From Prorocentrum cordatum (Eukaryota), in assembly GCA_963575745.1 (NCBI GenBank), contig CAUYUJ010000058.1, positions 1 through 64,000 on the forward strand: a stretch of DNA of 64,000 bases, in the 5' to 3' direction. A program made the position numbers and the translations under genes. Shown here piece after piece: positions 45,568 through 58,794 of the stretch. Below the pieces are notes generated by a model. It ran no database searches and was not told the DNA's origin. It saw only the letters and a list, made by a program, of their open reading frames with translations. Numbering within the stretch: the first letter of the stretch is position 1; every line of letters starts with the position of its first letter.

Positions 45568-47030
45568 GCGGAAGGGGATCGGGGCCGCCAGGCCGGTACT
45601 TGCGCCCCCATGGCCGCTCCGGGGCTCCGGGTGCGCTCCTGTCCGGGCCAAGAGGCGGCTCAGACGTGTCCACGGAGGCGCAAGTGGCCCCCAAACCTGT
45701 CCTCGACGGCCCCGGGGCACTCAAAGACCGCCCCTGGACGCTCAAGATGGCTCGCATTGAGCCCAAGAAGCCGCTACGACGCCCGAAGTTGCTTTCCAAG
45801 AGAGCCCCAAGCGACCCAAATCATGGATTTTGCATAGAAAACCGTGCATTTTTAGCATCTACGTCTTTTCGGTCTTCACGGCGCGCACGAGGGTACAAGA
45901 GGCCCCCACGACGGCCCTAAGACGGCCCAAGAGGCCCCCAACACGGCCCAAGAGGAGCCCAAGACAGCCCCAGAGGCGGCCAAGGCGTGCTCAAGAGGCG
46001 GCCAAGACGTGCGCACGGAGCCCCAAGAGGCTCCCAAATCGGTCAAAGACGGCCCCAGGGCTTTCAAATATCGCCCCTGGACACCCAAGATGGCTCCCAT
46101 TGAGCCCAAGAGGCCGCTACGACGCCCCAAGTTGCTTTCCAAGAGAGCCCCAAGCGGCCCAAATCATGGATTTTGCCTAGGGAAACGCACATTTTTAGCA
46201 TCTACGACTTTTCGGTCTTCACGGCGTGCACGACGGTACAAGAGGCCCCAAAGACGGCCCCAACCGACTACCGACACGGCCCAAGACAGCCCGAGCGGCG
46301 GCCAAGGCGTGGCCAGAGGGCCCCATGAGGCTCCCAAAACGTTCCATGGCGGCCCCGGAGCGCTCAAAGCTAGCCTTTTCGACGCCCAAGACGGTTCTCA
46401 CAGTGCCCAAGAGACCGCGAAGACGCCCCAAGAGGCCCCCAAGAGGCTTTCCAAGAGGGTCCCAAGAGGCTTCCCAAGAGGGTCCCAAGGACGCTAAGCA
46501 GCGCGAGCGCTAAGGACGAGCTCTGATGTGTTTGTTCGAGTCTTCCGTCGACCTTTTTTTCTGGAAGCGCTTCGACGAAGTTTGACTCGATTTGTCCTTG
46601 ACCTCGGCTAGAACCAAAGCGCGCGCGATGGTTCTAGTGTATGTGTGTGTTTGTCTATCTATCCATCCACCATGAGGGCAACCGTCAGGCCAACCATCGG
46701 GACAACCATTGGGGCAACCATCAGGACAACCATTGGGACAACTATCGGGACAACCCTCGAGACAACCATCAGGACAACCATCGGGACAACCATCGGGACA
46801 AGCATCGGGACAACCAGATCCATCTATCTATCTACCTACCTATCTATATGTGTGTCTTTCTGTCTGTCTACCTATCTATCCTTCTCTATATATATATATG
46901 TTTATCGATCATCCATCAGGACAACCATCGGGACAACCATCGGGACAACATTCGGGACAACCATCGGGACAACCATCAGGACAACCATCGGGACAACCCG
47001 AACCATCGGGACAACCGTTGGGACAACCTG
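45240..47030. repeat. 12-bp ggacaaccatc(g/a) arrays flanking (TATG)n/(TA)n tracts and a ~343-bp tandem duplication
   Basis: 12-mer arrays at 45240-45365, 46680-46820 and 46915-47030; the duplicated block starts near 45729 and 46072. Confidence 0.85.
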
Positions 47031-47264
47031 GGGCCACGCCTGGCGCACGGGGGGGCCGCCCTTTTTGCAATATACGGCTTCTACTAGGGATGGAACTCGC
47101 GCAGCTTCGCCTCACCCGCACGCGCGACACGAACCGAAACCGAAACCGATTTCCCGGTTGGGGTCACTTCCTTTCCAACCCCAAACCTCCGATACACCTC
47201 TTCCCACTCTCCCCTCCCTCTCTTGCCACTCTCTCCTCTATCTTCGCCATTCCCCCCCTCGTGT

Positions 47265-47313
<49 letters not shown>

Positions 47314-48304
47314 CCCTCTCTCTCTCTCTTTCGCTCTCTCGCTCTCTTTCTCTCTTTCTCTTCTCATCCTCCCCTCCATATCTTCGCCATAACCCCCCTC
47401 CCCCTCCCTCTCTCACCCTCTCTCTCTCTCTCTCTCTTCCTCTCTCTCTCTCTCTCCCTCTGTTTTTTACCCTCTCTCCTGCAGGAGGGACAGCACCAGG
47501 GAGTGTTGGCAGGAGAGGGAATTCGAGGGCCGAGATCCCCCCCCCCAGGCTGTCCTGCAACACCGAGCTCTGGCTCTCAGAGCTCTCGTGCCCGAGGCAG
47601 CGGGCTCGACGGGGGCGCCCCCTGGGGCTGGTGAGAGGGGAGGCGATGTGGCACATGACCCTCTCCCAACGTAGCACCAAAGGACCTGCACCGTTTCCTC
47701 GTCAGCTCGGTGGTGGCAGCCTCGTCGGGAACTCATGCTGGGCCGTCTGTGCCCTTCCGCTTTCTCTTCCCCCTCGCCCTGCCCCTCAATCGCGCAATTT
47801 CGAACAGCATGTGTGCAGAGTGATGACGAGGGCACGGCTCAACTCGAGAGGGCTCTGTTTAGGCCCATGGGGGGCCGGGCACCGACGCCCGACTAACCCT
47901 GGGAGTGTCGCTTGTCTCAGGGAGTGCACGTCACGTGCACGAGTGGAAACGGAGGAGGGCACGGAGGAAACCTCAGAGGGGAGGCGGAGGAGGCCGGGGA
48001 GAAAGAACTACTGGAGGGCTGGGGAGGCCCAGGAGGGGCAGGTGGAAGCAGCTGTGGGAATCTAAGGTGGGGGAGTGGCAGGGGGGAGGCCAGCTGGAGG
48101 AGAAGCGGAGGAAGTGGCGGAGGCGGAGGAGGAGGAGGAGGAGGAGAACAAGGAGGTGCATGATGCATGAAGAACAGGAGGAGGGATTGTTACGGAGCAG
48201 CTGGACGATGAGGAGAAGGAGGAGGACGACGAGGAGGAGAATTGAAGGGAGGATCGGCAGCAGTTGGTGGAGGAGGAGGAGGCGGAGGAGGGGGAGGGGG
48301 AGGG

Positions 48305-48695
48305 GGAGGAATGCCAGTGAAGTGCGCGGAGGTTGATGTGATGGTGAGGGGCTTGTGAGGGGAATGGGAACGAAAAAGGGCGTAGAGGAGGCGGGGAATC
48401 AGGAGTATGGGCATGTGCAGGTTGATCTTCAGATGGAGGAGGAGGAGGAGGAGGAGGAGGAGGAGGAGGAGGAGGAGGAGGAGGAGGACGAGGAGAAGGG
48501 CGGAGGAGGAGGAGGAGGAAGAGGAGAAGGAGGAGGAGGAGGAAGAGGAGGGGGAGGGGGAGGAATGCCAGTGAAGTGCGCGGAGGTTGATGTGATGGTG
48601 AGGGGCTTGTGGGGGGAATGGGAACGAAAAAGGGCGCGGAGGCGGCGGGGAATCAGGAGTATGGGCATGTGCAGGTGGATCGTCAGATGGAGGAG
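48305..48695. repeat. ~130-bp direct repeat separated by (GAG)n
   Basis: gaatgccagtgaagtgcgcggaggttgatgtgatggtgaggggcttgtg at ~48309 and ~48563. Confidence 0.9.
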
Positions 48696-49346
48696 GTGGA
48701 GGAGGAGGAGGAGGAGGGCGGCGACGACGAACGACAGTGACGACGGCGACTCTAACATGGATAACGACGGCGACGACGTCGAAGATCTCAACGACGACCA
48801 CGATGACGGGTTGAACGCCCCTGACGGGACAGACACTGGTAGCCTATGTTGATCGAACGTGGTCGAACGTGGTCGATGTGTGATGCAAATGTTGCCAGGT
48901 GGGATAACAGTGAATAGACTTCGGGAGGCACCGTGGAAGCAGACAAGGGCTACGTCAAGAGGGCTCCGATACGGCCCCGGAGGGCGGGAGACATTCCGAA
49001 AACTAGCCACGAGGGCCCAAGAGGCTTCGAAGACAGTTCCAACGAGCACCTAAAGCTGTTCCACGCGGCGGACGGGACCAAAAGAGGCAGATTGAGAGGC
49101 AAAAGAAACCCCCCGAGCACCAATTTCGATCTCTTTGAAGAGCCTCCAGGGGGCTGGGGGGCGTCCAGGACAGCTCGAGAGTGCCCCGAGAGGTTGCCAA
49201 GACAGCCTAGGAGGGCCTCTGGAGAAGCCCCAGACGGCGTCCGGAGGCGTCCGGCACTCTCCCGTGCGAAGGCGTGCTTGATTGGGGGGCAGAGTGTAAG
49301 GCGAGAATAGACAGGCACACACACAGACACACACACACACACACAC

Positions 49347-49386
<40 letters not shown>

Positions 49387-50108
49387 ACATATACAATCTA
49401 CATCGGAGTAGGCCGGGGGAGGGCCTGGAACCGGCGCCTCTGGTTTGCATGGCGGTCCAGGGGGGCCTTGATGGCTCCAAGAGAGCCCAGAAGGGGCCCC
49501 GGACCCCCTGAGAGGCCCCCAAAGCGCCCCAGGTTGTCTGGAAGATGGCTGCAGAGCGCACTGACATGGCGCCTGGACGGGCCACGAGCGCTCGAAGACA
49601 GCCCAAGACTGCTCCTAGACGGCCACACAGGCATTGAAGACGGTCCAAAAGGGCCGCCGAGAAGGCCCCCCAAGGGCAAACATCAGGCAGCTCCTGTGGG
49701 AAAGCGCACATTTCCGGGAGATTCGCTTTTCCGTCCTGACAGCGGCCGCGGCGGCCCCAGAGGCTCCCAGCATGGGCCCCAGGCGGCCCAAGGGACCTCC
49801 AAGAGGCGCCAGCGGGTGGCCCTGGTCAGAGGCCAGCAACATATGTACACGTACGCGGTCAGCTTCCCCTGGAGTGCGTGTCAACGCGGACGTTCGTGCA
49901 GGCAAGACCGCGGAGGGCGTACATGTACATATGTCGTTGCTCGTCCACCTGGCCTACCCCGCTGGTGGAGCGCAGGCGGTGGCAAGCCCTGGCCGCGCCC
50001 CATGAAGCAGTGCAGGGACTCCCGGCGGCAGAGAGAAGCTCGTGCGGGACAGGAGCGCCGGCGCGACCACCTCCAGCCCGCGGAGGCAGGCCTCCCGGTG
50101 GGCGGAGC

Positions 50109-50288
50109 TCACCACCCACCAAACCACCCCAACCCAACCCGAAGGCCTCAATTTGCCTTCCATTTCCAGTGGGGGGGGGTCGAGGAACGTTGAAAAAACA
50201 CACGGAGCCCGTACCCCCCCTCCCAACCCGAAATTCAGTTCACATTCGGGTCTTCGGGTTGGGTTGGGGTGGTCTGGGTAGGTAGTCA
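50109..50288. mobile_element. MITE with long TIR and 5-bp TSD (GGAGC)
   Basis: Same family as 36751-36919; ggagc at 50104-50108 and 50289-50293. Confidence 0.9.
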
Positions 50289-51312
50289 GGAGCAGAGGGC
50301 GTTCTTGGCGTCAAGCGCCACCAGCACAAGATCGGGGTCGGCTTCGCCGTGCGTGCTATAGCAGCTCCTTGCCCGCAGCAGTGCCCACGGCAGACTGCTG
50401 TCTCCCCGGTGCCTCGGCCGGTTCCTCTTTCCGCGGGGGGACCAGCGCCCGGCCCACCAGCCGCCGCAAGGTATTCGACGCGGCGATGGGCCTGGACCCC
50501 CCCCCCCGCCTGGCTTGCGTAGCGGCGTGAGCTTGGCCAGTGCCAGAGCCGCGGCGGCGCTCGCAGGAGCCCGCGCCCCTCGGCCACGAGGCCGCGCACG
50601 CCGAAGAAAGCCGCCGGGGCCGTTGGCTGGGCGAGCACGACCCGCCAGTGTTCGAAGCGCCCGCCGCCAGCCGCCGCGCCGCTGCCCCGGGGGCTCGCCC
50701 GCAGCGTTTTCTCCAGGGCCCCGCGAGAGCGCGGGCGCCCCGGCGGGCGGCGCCGCCGCCGGGGGCAGCGGGGCGGCGGGGCGCGGCTGGAGGAGCGCCT
50801 GCAGCTGGGCCGCCGAGTCGGGCGTGAGAGGCGCGAGGCCGGGGCTGCACAGCAAAGCGGCGGCCCGGGAACACTCCTCCGCCATCCCCTTTCGAATGAC
50901 CTCGTCGGCCAGAGACCGGCTTGCCGGCGCGCCTTGGCCAGTCTCCAGGCCGCGTTTTGGGCCGCCTCCAGGAGTCCAGTGCCTCCCAGTCGCCGCGGAG
51001 CAGCGCGGAGCAGCGCTCGCGCACCGGCAGCGCGCAGTCCAGGGTCCCCGCCGCCGCGCGTTGCCGTCTCCTCGCGTCCAGCCGCAGCGCGGCGGCAAAA
51101 AGCAAGCGCTCCCGCAGCGCGAGCAGCTTCCATTGCGCGCTCCTCCTCGGCACCCCCAGCTGGGGCGCGGAGGACCGCGTGGCAGAGCTCCTCCGTGGCC
51201 TGCGCGGCTGCTGCCCTCGGTTGCCGCGGGGCGGCCCGCAGCGTATAGGGCAGTCGAGTGCGAATGCCGCTAGCAGGTCGAGGCTGTCCAGCCCTCCCCA
51301 GCAAGCAGCAGA

Positions 51313-51499
51313 CCCAGACATGATGGCGTCGCAAAAAACTCAGGACAGGCGGTTTGGGGGTATTTTCGCCCTCTAGAGGTCCTCGCCGGGTCTCGCGGGA
51401 CCGTCAAACAACTACTCAGGACGAAAAACCGGTCCCGGGGAAAGGGTCGGGACTTGCGGGGACGCCGTCCTGAAAGAATCTGGACGTCGCATGTCCGGG
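51313..51499. mobile_element. MITE with CCC...GGG termini and 2-bp TSD (GA)
   Basis: cccagacatg...catgtccggg; removing it and one GA restores the minus-strand frame LRDLSAACWGGLDSLDL. Confidence 0.8.
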
Positions 51500-53515
51500 G
51501 AGAGGTCTCGCAGGGCCGGAGCCGGGGCGGCGCTGGCTGGCGGCGCGTCTGCTGGCGGGGGCGGAGCGCGCAGGTCGCCAGGCGCCGCGGCCGCGGGCGC
51601 CGCGCTTGCCGGGGCCGCCGCAGCAGGCGGGGCGTCCAGCGTGCAGCGCCGGCAGAGGCGGGTGTCGCAGCCGCCGCAGCAGCGCTGCCGGTCGCCAGCG
51701 CCAGCCCCGTCGCACGCGGAGCATCGGCCCCCCGCCTCTGCCCGGTAGGAGCCCCACTGAGTGGCGGGGCGAATCGGCCCGGGGTTGCTCGCCCCCCCCA
51801 CGCGGGCGCCAGCGTGGCCGCGCCAGCGCCTCGGTCGGTCGCCCGTGCGGCGCGCGGCCCGCAGCCCGCGGGCCGGCGCCGTCGCCAGCAGGGCCTGGTC
51901 GTCGGTCGCGTCCGCCCGCGCGAGCTCGTCCTCCGACAGGCCGCCGTCTTCTCGGGCCGCGTCCGCGGGCAGGCTGTCTGCCCAAGTCTCGCGGCCGCCC
52001 GCTGCGCCCCCCAGCGGCTCGTCGAGCCGCGGCGGCGCTTGGGGGCTGGCGCGGCGGCCTCGTGGGCCGCGTGCGCAGCGCACGTCGCCGCCACGACGGG
52101 CTCCGGGGCCCTCGTTGTCGCGAAGGCCCTGGTCCCCAGCGCCTCCAGGAGCTCCCGCGCCGCCAGCGCCGAGGCGGGCACCTCCGCAGGGGCGCCTCCG
52201 CAGGGGCCCCTCCCGCGGCGGCTTCGGCTCGCGGCTGCTGGAGTTTAGCCTGGCCTTCCTGCGCTTCCTACTGCAGCGCCTCGCGTGCGCTCCGCGCCTG
52301 CGCCAGGGCCGCCTCGGCCTCCTCGGCCCCCTTCGCGGCGCTCCCCGCGCGGGCGGGGGCGCGGGCCACGAAGGCCCCCAAGAGGTCGAGCCGCTTGCCC
52401 GGGCCCGGGCCGGCAGCGGCGCGCTTCCGGCGCCCGGCGGCCTGCTGCGAGAGCTTCTTCGCCTCTGGCTCCAGCCTGGCGGCGCGCAGGTTCGCCGCAT
52501 ATAAGCCTCCAAGGCGGCGGCCTCGCCCTCGGCCGCGGCGGCGCTCACCTCGGGCCCGCTGGCGGCCTCGCCGCCTCCGGGGGGTGGGCGGGCCCGTTCC
52601 GGGCTGCGGCCGGCCTCGAGGAGCCGCCTGCGCGCGACACGAGCTCCGCGACAACCAGCTTGCACAGTGCCACATGGGCGCGTCCACTCTGGCCGCCGCT
52701 CTGTCTCCTCCTCCTTCTTTTTCTCCTCCTCCTCCTCCTCCTCCTCCTCCTCCTCTTCCTCCTCCTCCTCCTCCTCCTCCTCCTCCTCCTCCTCCCTCCT
52801 GGCTGGGCATCTGAAGCGGGCCTGCAGGGCCTCCTGGGCGCGGAGCGCCAGGGGCCTCATCGGGGTTGGGTTTCCTGTGGGAGGCTTCCCGTGGACCGGC
52901 TGGGCGCGCGACTGGCCATTGGGCTTGTGGAGAACGACCCATGGAGAGGAAGCAAGTTGCCTGATAATCTCCAGATGTCAAAAACACTGTGCTCAAGCTG
53001 TTGCAAACATGTAAAAGCATGTTGGAAACAGGTTCGTGACACGTTTCCGACGCCTTACGCACATTCTCCGAATGCGATGATAGGACGGTTGGGGTGTCCA
53101 GTGTCGCGGCATCCACAAGACTGGGCCGCCCTCGCTGGGCTCTGGCCTCGAGCGCCAGGGGGTGGCTCAACGGCGCCGTAACGGGTACTTACTAACGGGT
53201 ACTTTGAACTTTTGCCGAAAGTTGCCACATTAGGGCCTTTCTCTTGCATTGCAGCTTTGCCCACATCGGGAAGGGTTGGGTTCGCTGGGTCACTGGCCAA
53301 AGTACCCGTCAGTGGAGTCCCCGTTCGATGGGGCGCTGAGTGGCTGCCTGGCCAGGCGCTCGAGGCCGCGCGCGCCGGAGCGCTCGCCCCGCACGGCGCC
53401 GTGCGCGCGGCCGCTCGCCCGCGGCCGCTCGCCCGCGGCCGCTCGCCCGCGGCCCAGCCTCTCTGCCTGCCTGGAGGAGGGCTCGGCGAGAAGCCTTGCG
53501 CGCCAGCTTCGCCCG

Positions 53516-53802
53516 TAAGTCGGGCGTGTCCCTCTACAGGGGGGTATTCATGAAAAATAGTCAAAGAACTTGTCTGGGCACGACTTTTTGATTTTTTGGG
53601 CTATTTCTTCGCCCGCTAGAGTGGAGGAGAGGTGGAGAGTTAAGTCGGGCGTGTCCCTCTCCAGGGGGAACATCCAAAAATAGTCAAAAGCATTGTCTGG
53701 GGACGACTTTCTTGATTTGTCGTTTGGCCATTTGTGAGCATGTTTTGACTATTTCTAAGTTTTCCTCGAAAATCCCCCTGTAGGGGGGCAGGCCCGACTT
53801 AA
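53516..53802. mobile_element. Two adjacent TTAAGTCGGGC-family MITEs (truncated 53516-53606; full 53640-53802)
   Basis: Full copy ttaagtcgggcgtgtccc...ggcccgacttaa; the truncated copy has cttcgcccg on both sides. Confidence 0.8.
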
Positions 53803-54182
53803 AGGTAGAGTGTAGGCAGAGGTAGAGGTAGAGAGTGGAGGCAGAGTAGAGGCAGAGGCAGAGGGCAGAGGGCAGAGGGCAGAGGGCAGAGGAGAGCACA
53901 TCAGGGTAGATGTAGAGCAGCGGCAGAGGTAGAGTCGCCCAGCAGAGTAGAGTCATCGTAGTCGTCGTCGCGATCCTGGTCGTCGCCGTCGTCGCCGTCG
54001 TCTGCTAGAGTGGAGGAGAGTATGTCGGAGTTGAGGTAGAGCAGAGGCAGAGGTAGAGTGGTTTAGTAGAGTAGAGTCGTCGCAGTCGTTGTCGCGGTCG
54101 CCGTCGTCGCCGCCGTCGCCGCCGTCGTCGTCGTCCTCGTCCTCGTCCTCGTGGATGGGACCCCGGCACTTGCCGCTGACAG

Positions 54183-54218
54183 GTGGCAGAGACATTATCC
54201 CTGCTGCGGCCAGTAGCG
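54183..54218 (+). CDS. Candidate host-gene micro-exon
   Basis: tgacag|G acceptor and gtgagg donor, 36 bp. Confidence 0.25.
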
Positions 54219-54392
54219 GTGAGGCGGCCCGACCGCGCGCGTGGCAGACGGGAGGGCTTCGTCGCACCCACCGGTTCGACCCCGCCCCCCCTGCGTCGCC
54301 CTCCGGTCCAGCCTCGGCTGCGAGAGGCGAGGGTGGATGCGAGATGAGGAAGCAGAGGAAAGATAGTGGAACGGGCTGGGGTCGGGGGGAAC

Positions 54393-54394
54393 GA

Positions 54395-54446
<52 letters not shown>

Positions 54447-55299
54447 CTGATGCTGATGCTGATGCTGATGCTGATGCTGATGATGATGCTGATGCTGATG
54501 CTGTTGCTGATGCTGATGCTGATGCTGATGCTGATGCTGGTGCTGATGGTGATGCTGATGCTGATGGTGATGCTGATGCTGATGCTGATGCTGATGCTAA
54601 TGATGATGCTGATGATGATGCTAATGATGATGATTAGGATGAAGGTGATGTTGTTGTGATGGGTGATGGTGACGGTGACGGTGATGGTGATGGTGATGGT
54701 GATGGTGATGGTGATGGTGATGATGACGGTGATGGTGATGGTGATGGTGATGATGACGGTGATGGTGATGGTGATGGTGATGATGATGATGATGATGACG
54801 GTGATGGTGATGATGAAGTTGACGATGTTTATGGTGCTGATGCTGATGATGTTGGTGCTGATGCTACTACTTCTGATGATGCTGTTGATGGTGGTGAGAG
54901 TGATGATGATGGTGGTGGTGATGATGATGATGATGATGCTCATGATCATGATGGTGGTGATGATGATGGTGGTGGTGATGATGGTGATGGTGATGGTGAT
55001 GGTGATGATGGTGATGATGTTGATGATTCATGATGATGATGAATTGCTGCTGATGAAGTTGACGATGGTGTGATGATGATGCTGACGTTTACGATACTGC
55101 TGATGTTTCTGCACGTGATTATGATAATGGTTATGATGATCATGGTGTTGACGATGCATCTACTCATGGCAACGCTGATAATGATATGCAACATGATGAT
55201 ACTGACGAGGTGATTATGGCCAAAATGATGGTAAGTCTGATGATGATGATGATTATGATGATGATTTTGATGCTGATGATGATGAGGATGATGATGAGT

Positions 55300-55367
<68 letters not shown>

Positions 55368-55847
55368 AGGCATGGGGATGGTGCTATTGGTGATGCTGAC
55401 GAGTATACTAATGGTGTTGCCGATACTGGTGATGACGGCGATGCTGCTGTTCATGCCGTATACACCTGCATCCATAATGATGTTGATGGGAGGTTTTGAT
55501 GGTGATGGTGATGATGTTGATGGTGATGGTGAGGGTGATGATGATGCTGTTGATGATGTTGATGATGGTGTGATGGTCATGGTGATGGTTATGGTGATGG
55601 TGATGGTGATGATGCTGATGATGGTGATAATGATGATGACGGTGATGGTGATGATGACGATGGTGATGCTGATGATGATTGCGGAATGATGATAGATGTT
55701 GTTGCTGATGATGATGATGATTATGATGATGATGTGAATGATGATGATGATAATAATAATAAGAATAATAATGATGATGATGATGATGATGATGCTGAGT
55801 CTGACCATGATGGCGACGCCTGATGGTGATGCTGATGACGGTCGTGC

Positions 55848-55895
<48 letters not shown>

Positions 55896-56053
55896 CGATG
55901 CCGATATTGATGTTGATGTTGATGGTGATGGTGGTGATGATGGCGATGGCGGTAGTGGTGCTGATGACGATAATGAGGAGGATGAAGAGGAGGATAAGGA
56001 TGAGGATGATCGTGATGATATGATGATGAGGAGGAGGACGAGGCTGATGCTGC

Positions 56054-56145
<92 letters not shown>

Positions 56146-56600
56146 CGGATGATGATTTGGATGATGATTTGGACGATGGTGATGTTGTTGATGATGCTGA
56201 TGATGACGATGCTGATCGTGGTGGTCATGGTCATGATCATGGTCATGATCATGGTCATGACCATGGTCATGGTCATGGTCATGATCATGGCCATGGTCAT
56301 GGTCATGGTCATGGTGCTGGATGGTGGTGATGGCGGCGGAGGTGCTGATGATGATGATGATGATGATGAGGAGGAGGAGGAGGAGGAGGAGGAGGATGAT
56401 GATGATGACGGTGATGGTGATGGTGATCGTGATGGTGATGATGATATGGTGGTGATCGTGTCGATGCTGGCGATACTATCGGTGATGGTATTGATGGTGA
56501 TTTTCCATGGTCATTGTGATGGTGATGATGGTGGTGTTTGCGATGGTGGTGATCATGGTGTTGGTGGTGGTGACGGTGATGTTGGCGATGACGGAGGAGG
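54393..56600. repeat. Long degenerate (GAT)n microsatellite
   Basis: Direct reading. Confidence 0.97.
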
Positions 56601-57149
56601 AGGCGGAGGGAGGAGGGGGACGCCGAGAAAAAAAAACATTTTGACCAGTGACTGGTGGGTGCAACGGCGGTCTCCCAGTAGACGCTGGCGATGGGAGACA
56701 CGGACGGGAGCACGCTGCCCCCCAGAGTCTGCGGAGACAGGGCGCAGCTTGTTGGGGACGAGGAGGGAGGTGGACGAGAGGTGGACGAGGAAGAGGGGAA
56801 GGATGAGGGCTGAGCGTGGACCAGGGATGAGGGGGACGAGCAAGTGGATGAGGGATTGACTTGATGAGGAAGTGGGCTGAGGAGGGTGGGATGAGGACGG
56901 GGGCGAGGAAAGAAGTGGAGGTTTAACACGGCGCGTGCACCGGCAGCCTCGTTTTGACAACGAGTCGCCCCTCTTGTGCTGTCGTTGCGCAAGTCTGCGT
57001 TGCTGGCCTCACGCGAGAGCACCATGTGAAAAGCAACCGCCTCCAGACATGCAGCTGCTGCACGAGTTCAAGCGGAAGCCCCATCGAGATGGCGCCGCCG
57101 TAGATCCTTGGACATCGTCTCCTTAAATGTGGACTTGCTTGTGCGAAGC

Positions 57150-57450
57150 CATGGCCCCCCCCCTCGACTCCCCCGTCCTGGGCGTGAATGGCGTCAGCCA
57201 TGGCGTCGGCCCTCCCCCCCCCCTCTCCTCTCCCGAGCCTGAATGGCGTCAGCCATGGCGTCAGCCATGGCGTCAGCCCCCCACCCCCCCCACAGAGTGA
57301 AGCTTGAGCGAGTTCCCCCGTCCCTCCCCCCCTCCCGGGCCTGAATGGCGTCAGCCATGGCGTCAGCTCCCCCCCCTCCCCCCGACTTCATCCTCCCGGG
57401 CCTGAATGGCGTCAGCCATGGCGTCAGCTCCCCCCCCCTCCCCTCCTCCC
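57150..57450. repeat. tgaatggcgtcagcc(atggcgtcagc) repeat cluster; second cluster at 59480-59820
   Basis: Repeated cctgaatggcgtcagcc motifs separated by C-rich spacers; acagag(t/c)gaag(c/t)ttgagcgag in both clusters. Confidence 0.85.
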
Positions 57451-57451
57451 C

Positions 57452-58794
57452 ATGGGCGACCCCGCCACCTTGATCGACACTTTGGTCTCTGACATCATGC
57501 TCAAGCAATGGAAGAAAGCAGCACATCACTACCATGGACTTGGATGTGAACACGGCGTGGACAATACTGACCTGCGGCGGCGGCTTCGTTCGCTGGCGAA
57601 TCAAGGCCGTCACGCTGAGCACGGAACCCTACTTGCAGCAGCTTGAGCAGGCACCTGGTCAGGCAAGCGGATGTCCGATGCAGGGGGCAAGGGTGAGCTT
57701 TGCAGCTGCGGACGAAGGAGGATGAGTACCACAAGATCTGGGGACAGTGCCAGGTGCGGGAAAGTAAGCCAGCGTACGAGAAGTCGAGTTATCTTCAGCG
57801 ACGTGCTGACGATCAGTATGAGACCATCCTAGCCATCTGGTTACGAGGCCTCACTCCGAGGAAATGGACCTGCCCTGACCCGTGCGAGACGACCGATTGC
57901 GAAACAGCCATGGGGGCACGCATCGGTGCCAACAGGATTAACTCCCCTGACAGCGACCCCCTGGCCATCTATGGCGACGGCAGCGGCGGCGAAAGGTCAG
58001 AATATGAACGTTATATGAGATGCGGCTGGGCTTGGATTAGATTCAGCCTCACCCAGCACGGTGAATGCGTCATGTGCGCGGGCAGGAGGGGTCCACTCCC
58101 TCAGCAGCTTGAAGGGAACCGATGGACCGCTACACTTTCGGACCGACTCGGGGTACCTCATGGCGGGCTGGAGGGTTGCACGACACACGTGGGCTGCGGA
58201 CAAAGGTACGAATTCATACTTATGGAGACTCATAGGCATCGAGCTGGGCAACCGTTCGGGACCAGTGAAATTATTTCAGTCTGGAAGTCATAAGCTACGA
58301 GACGTGGTTATCCAAAGCATGCGTGGGCTGGCAACTCCATAGCTGACATATTTGCAGACCAGGCAGCAGCGGACCACAGCATACCTCAAGCGCAGTTAGA
58401 TTGCTATGGTTGGATCAGAGCGGTACCGGTAGTGGCCAGGGACAGAATTCGCCAGGCAACTCGTGATGCTTTCGACCGGCGACCTCCTTGTCATGCAGAT
58501 AAGAAGCAGCAGCGGGAAGACGAGAAAGCCGAAAAGCTGGCGGCCAAGCCAGTGCTGACCCCGATCAAAGATCTGGTCCTTAAGTGCAGCCACGACATAG
58601 CCAAAGACGGGAAGCTGGCGAGATGGGTGCGCAAGGGTTGCAAGCAGTCAATTGCCAAAGCGGTGGCCAGTTTACTCATCGCACCCACCCTTTTTTGTTC
58701 AGCCGTCAGGAGAATAAATGGTTATGTGTACTTCTGTGTTGCACGAGCTAGCCCTGGACTGCACGGTTTTTCTGGCAAGCGCTTGATCGAGTGA
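57452..58794 (+). pseudogene. Decayed LINE 3' half with RNase H
   Basis: EDEYHKIWGQC, LAIWLRGL, IYGDGSGG...RCGWAW, FRTDSGYL, NSYLW and IADIFADQAA across stops and frameshifts. Confidence 0.78.

Larger units (their letters stand above)
49940..52680 (-). mobile_element. Decayed non-LTR retrotransposon with CRE/SLACS-like RT N-terminal half, interrupted by two MITEs
   Basis: Frameshifted motifs WKLL, GG.RFEHW (50645-50659), LAKLTPLRKPGGG, PIAASNTLRRLVGRAL, QSAVG, VALDAKNA and STSGVGQ. Upstream CSAC..CGGC..CRRC cluster. The upper boundary is approximate. Confidence 0.72.
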
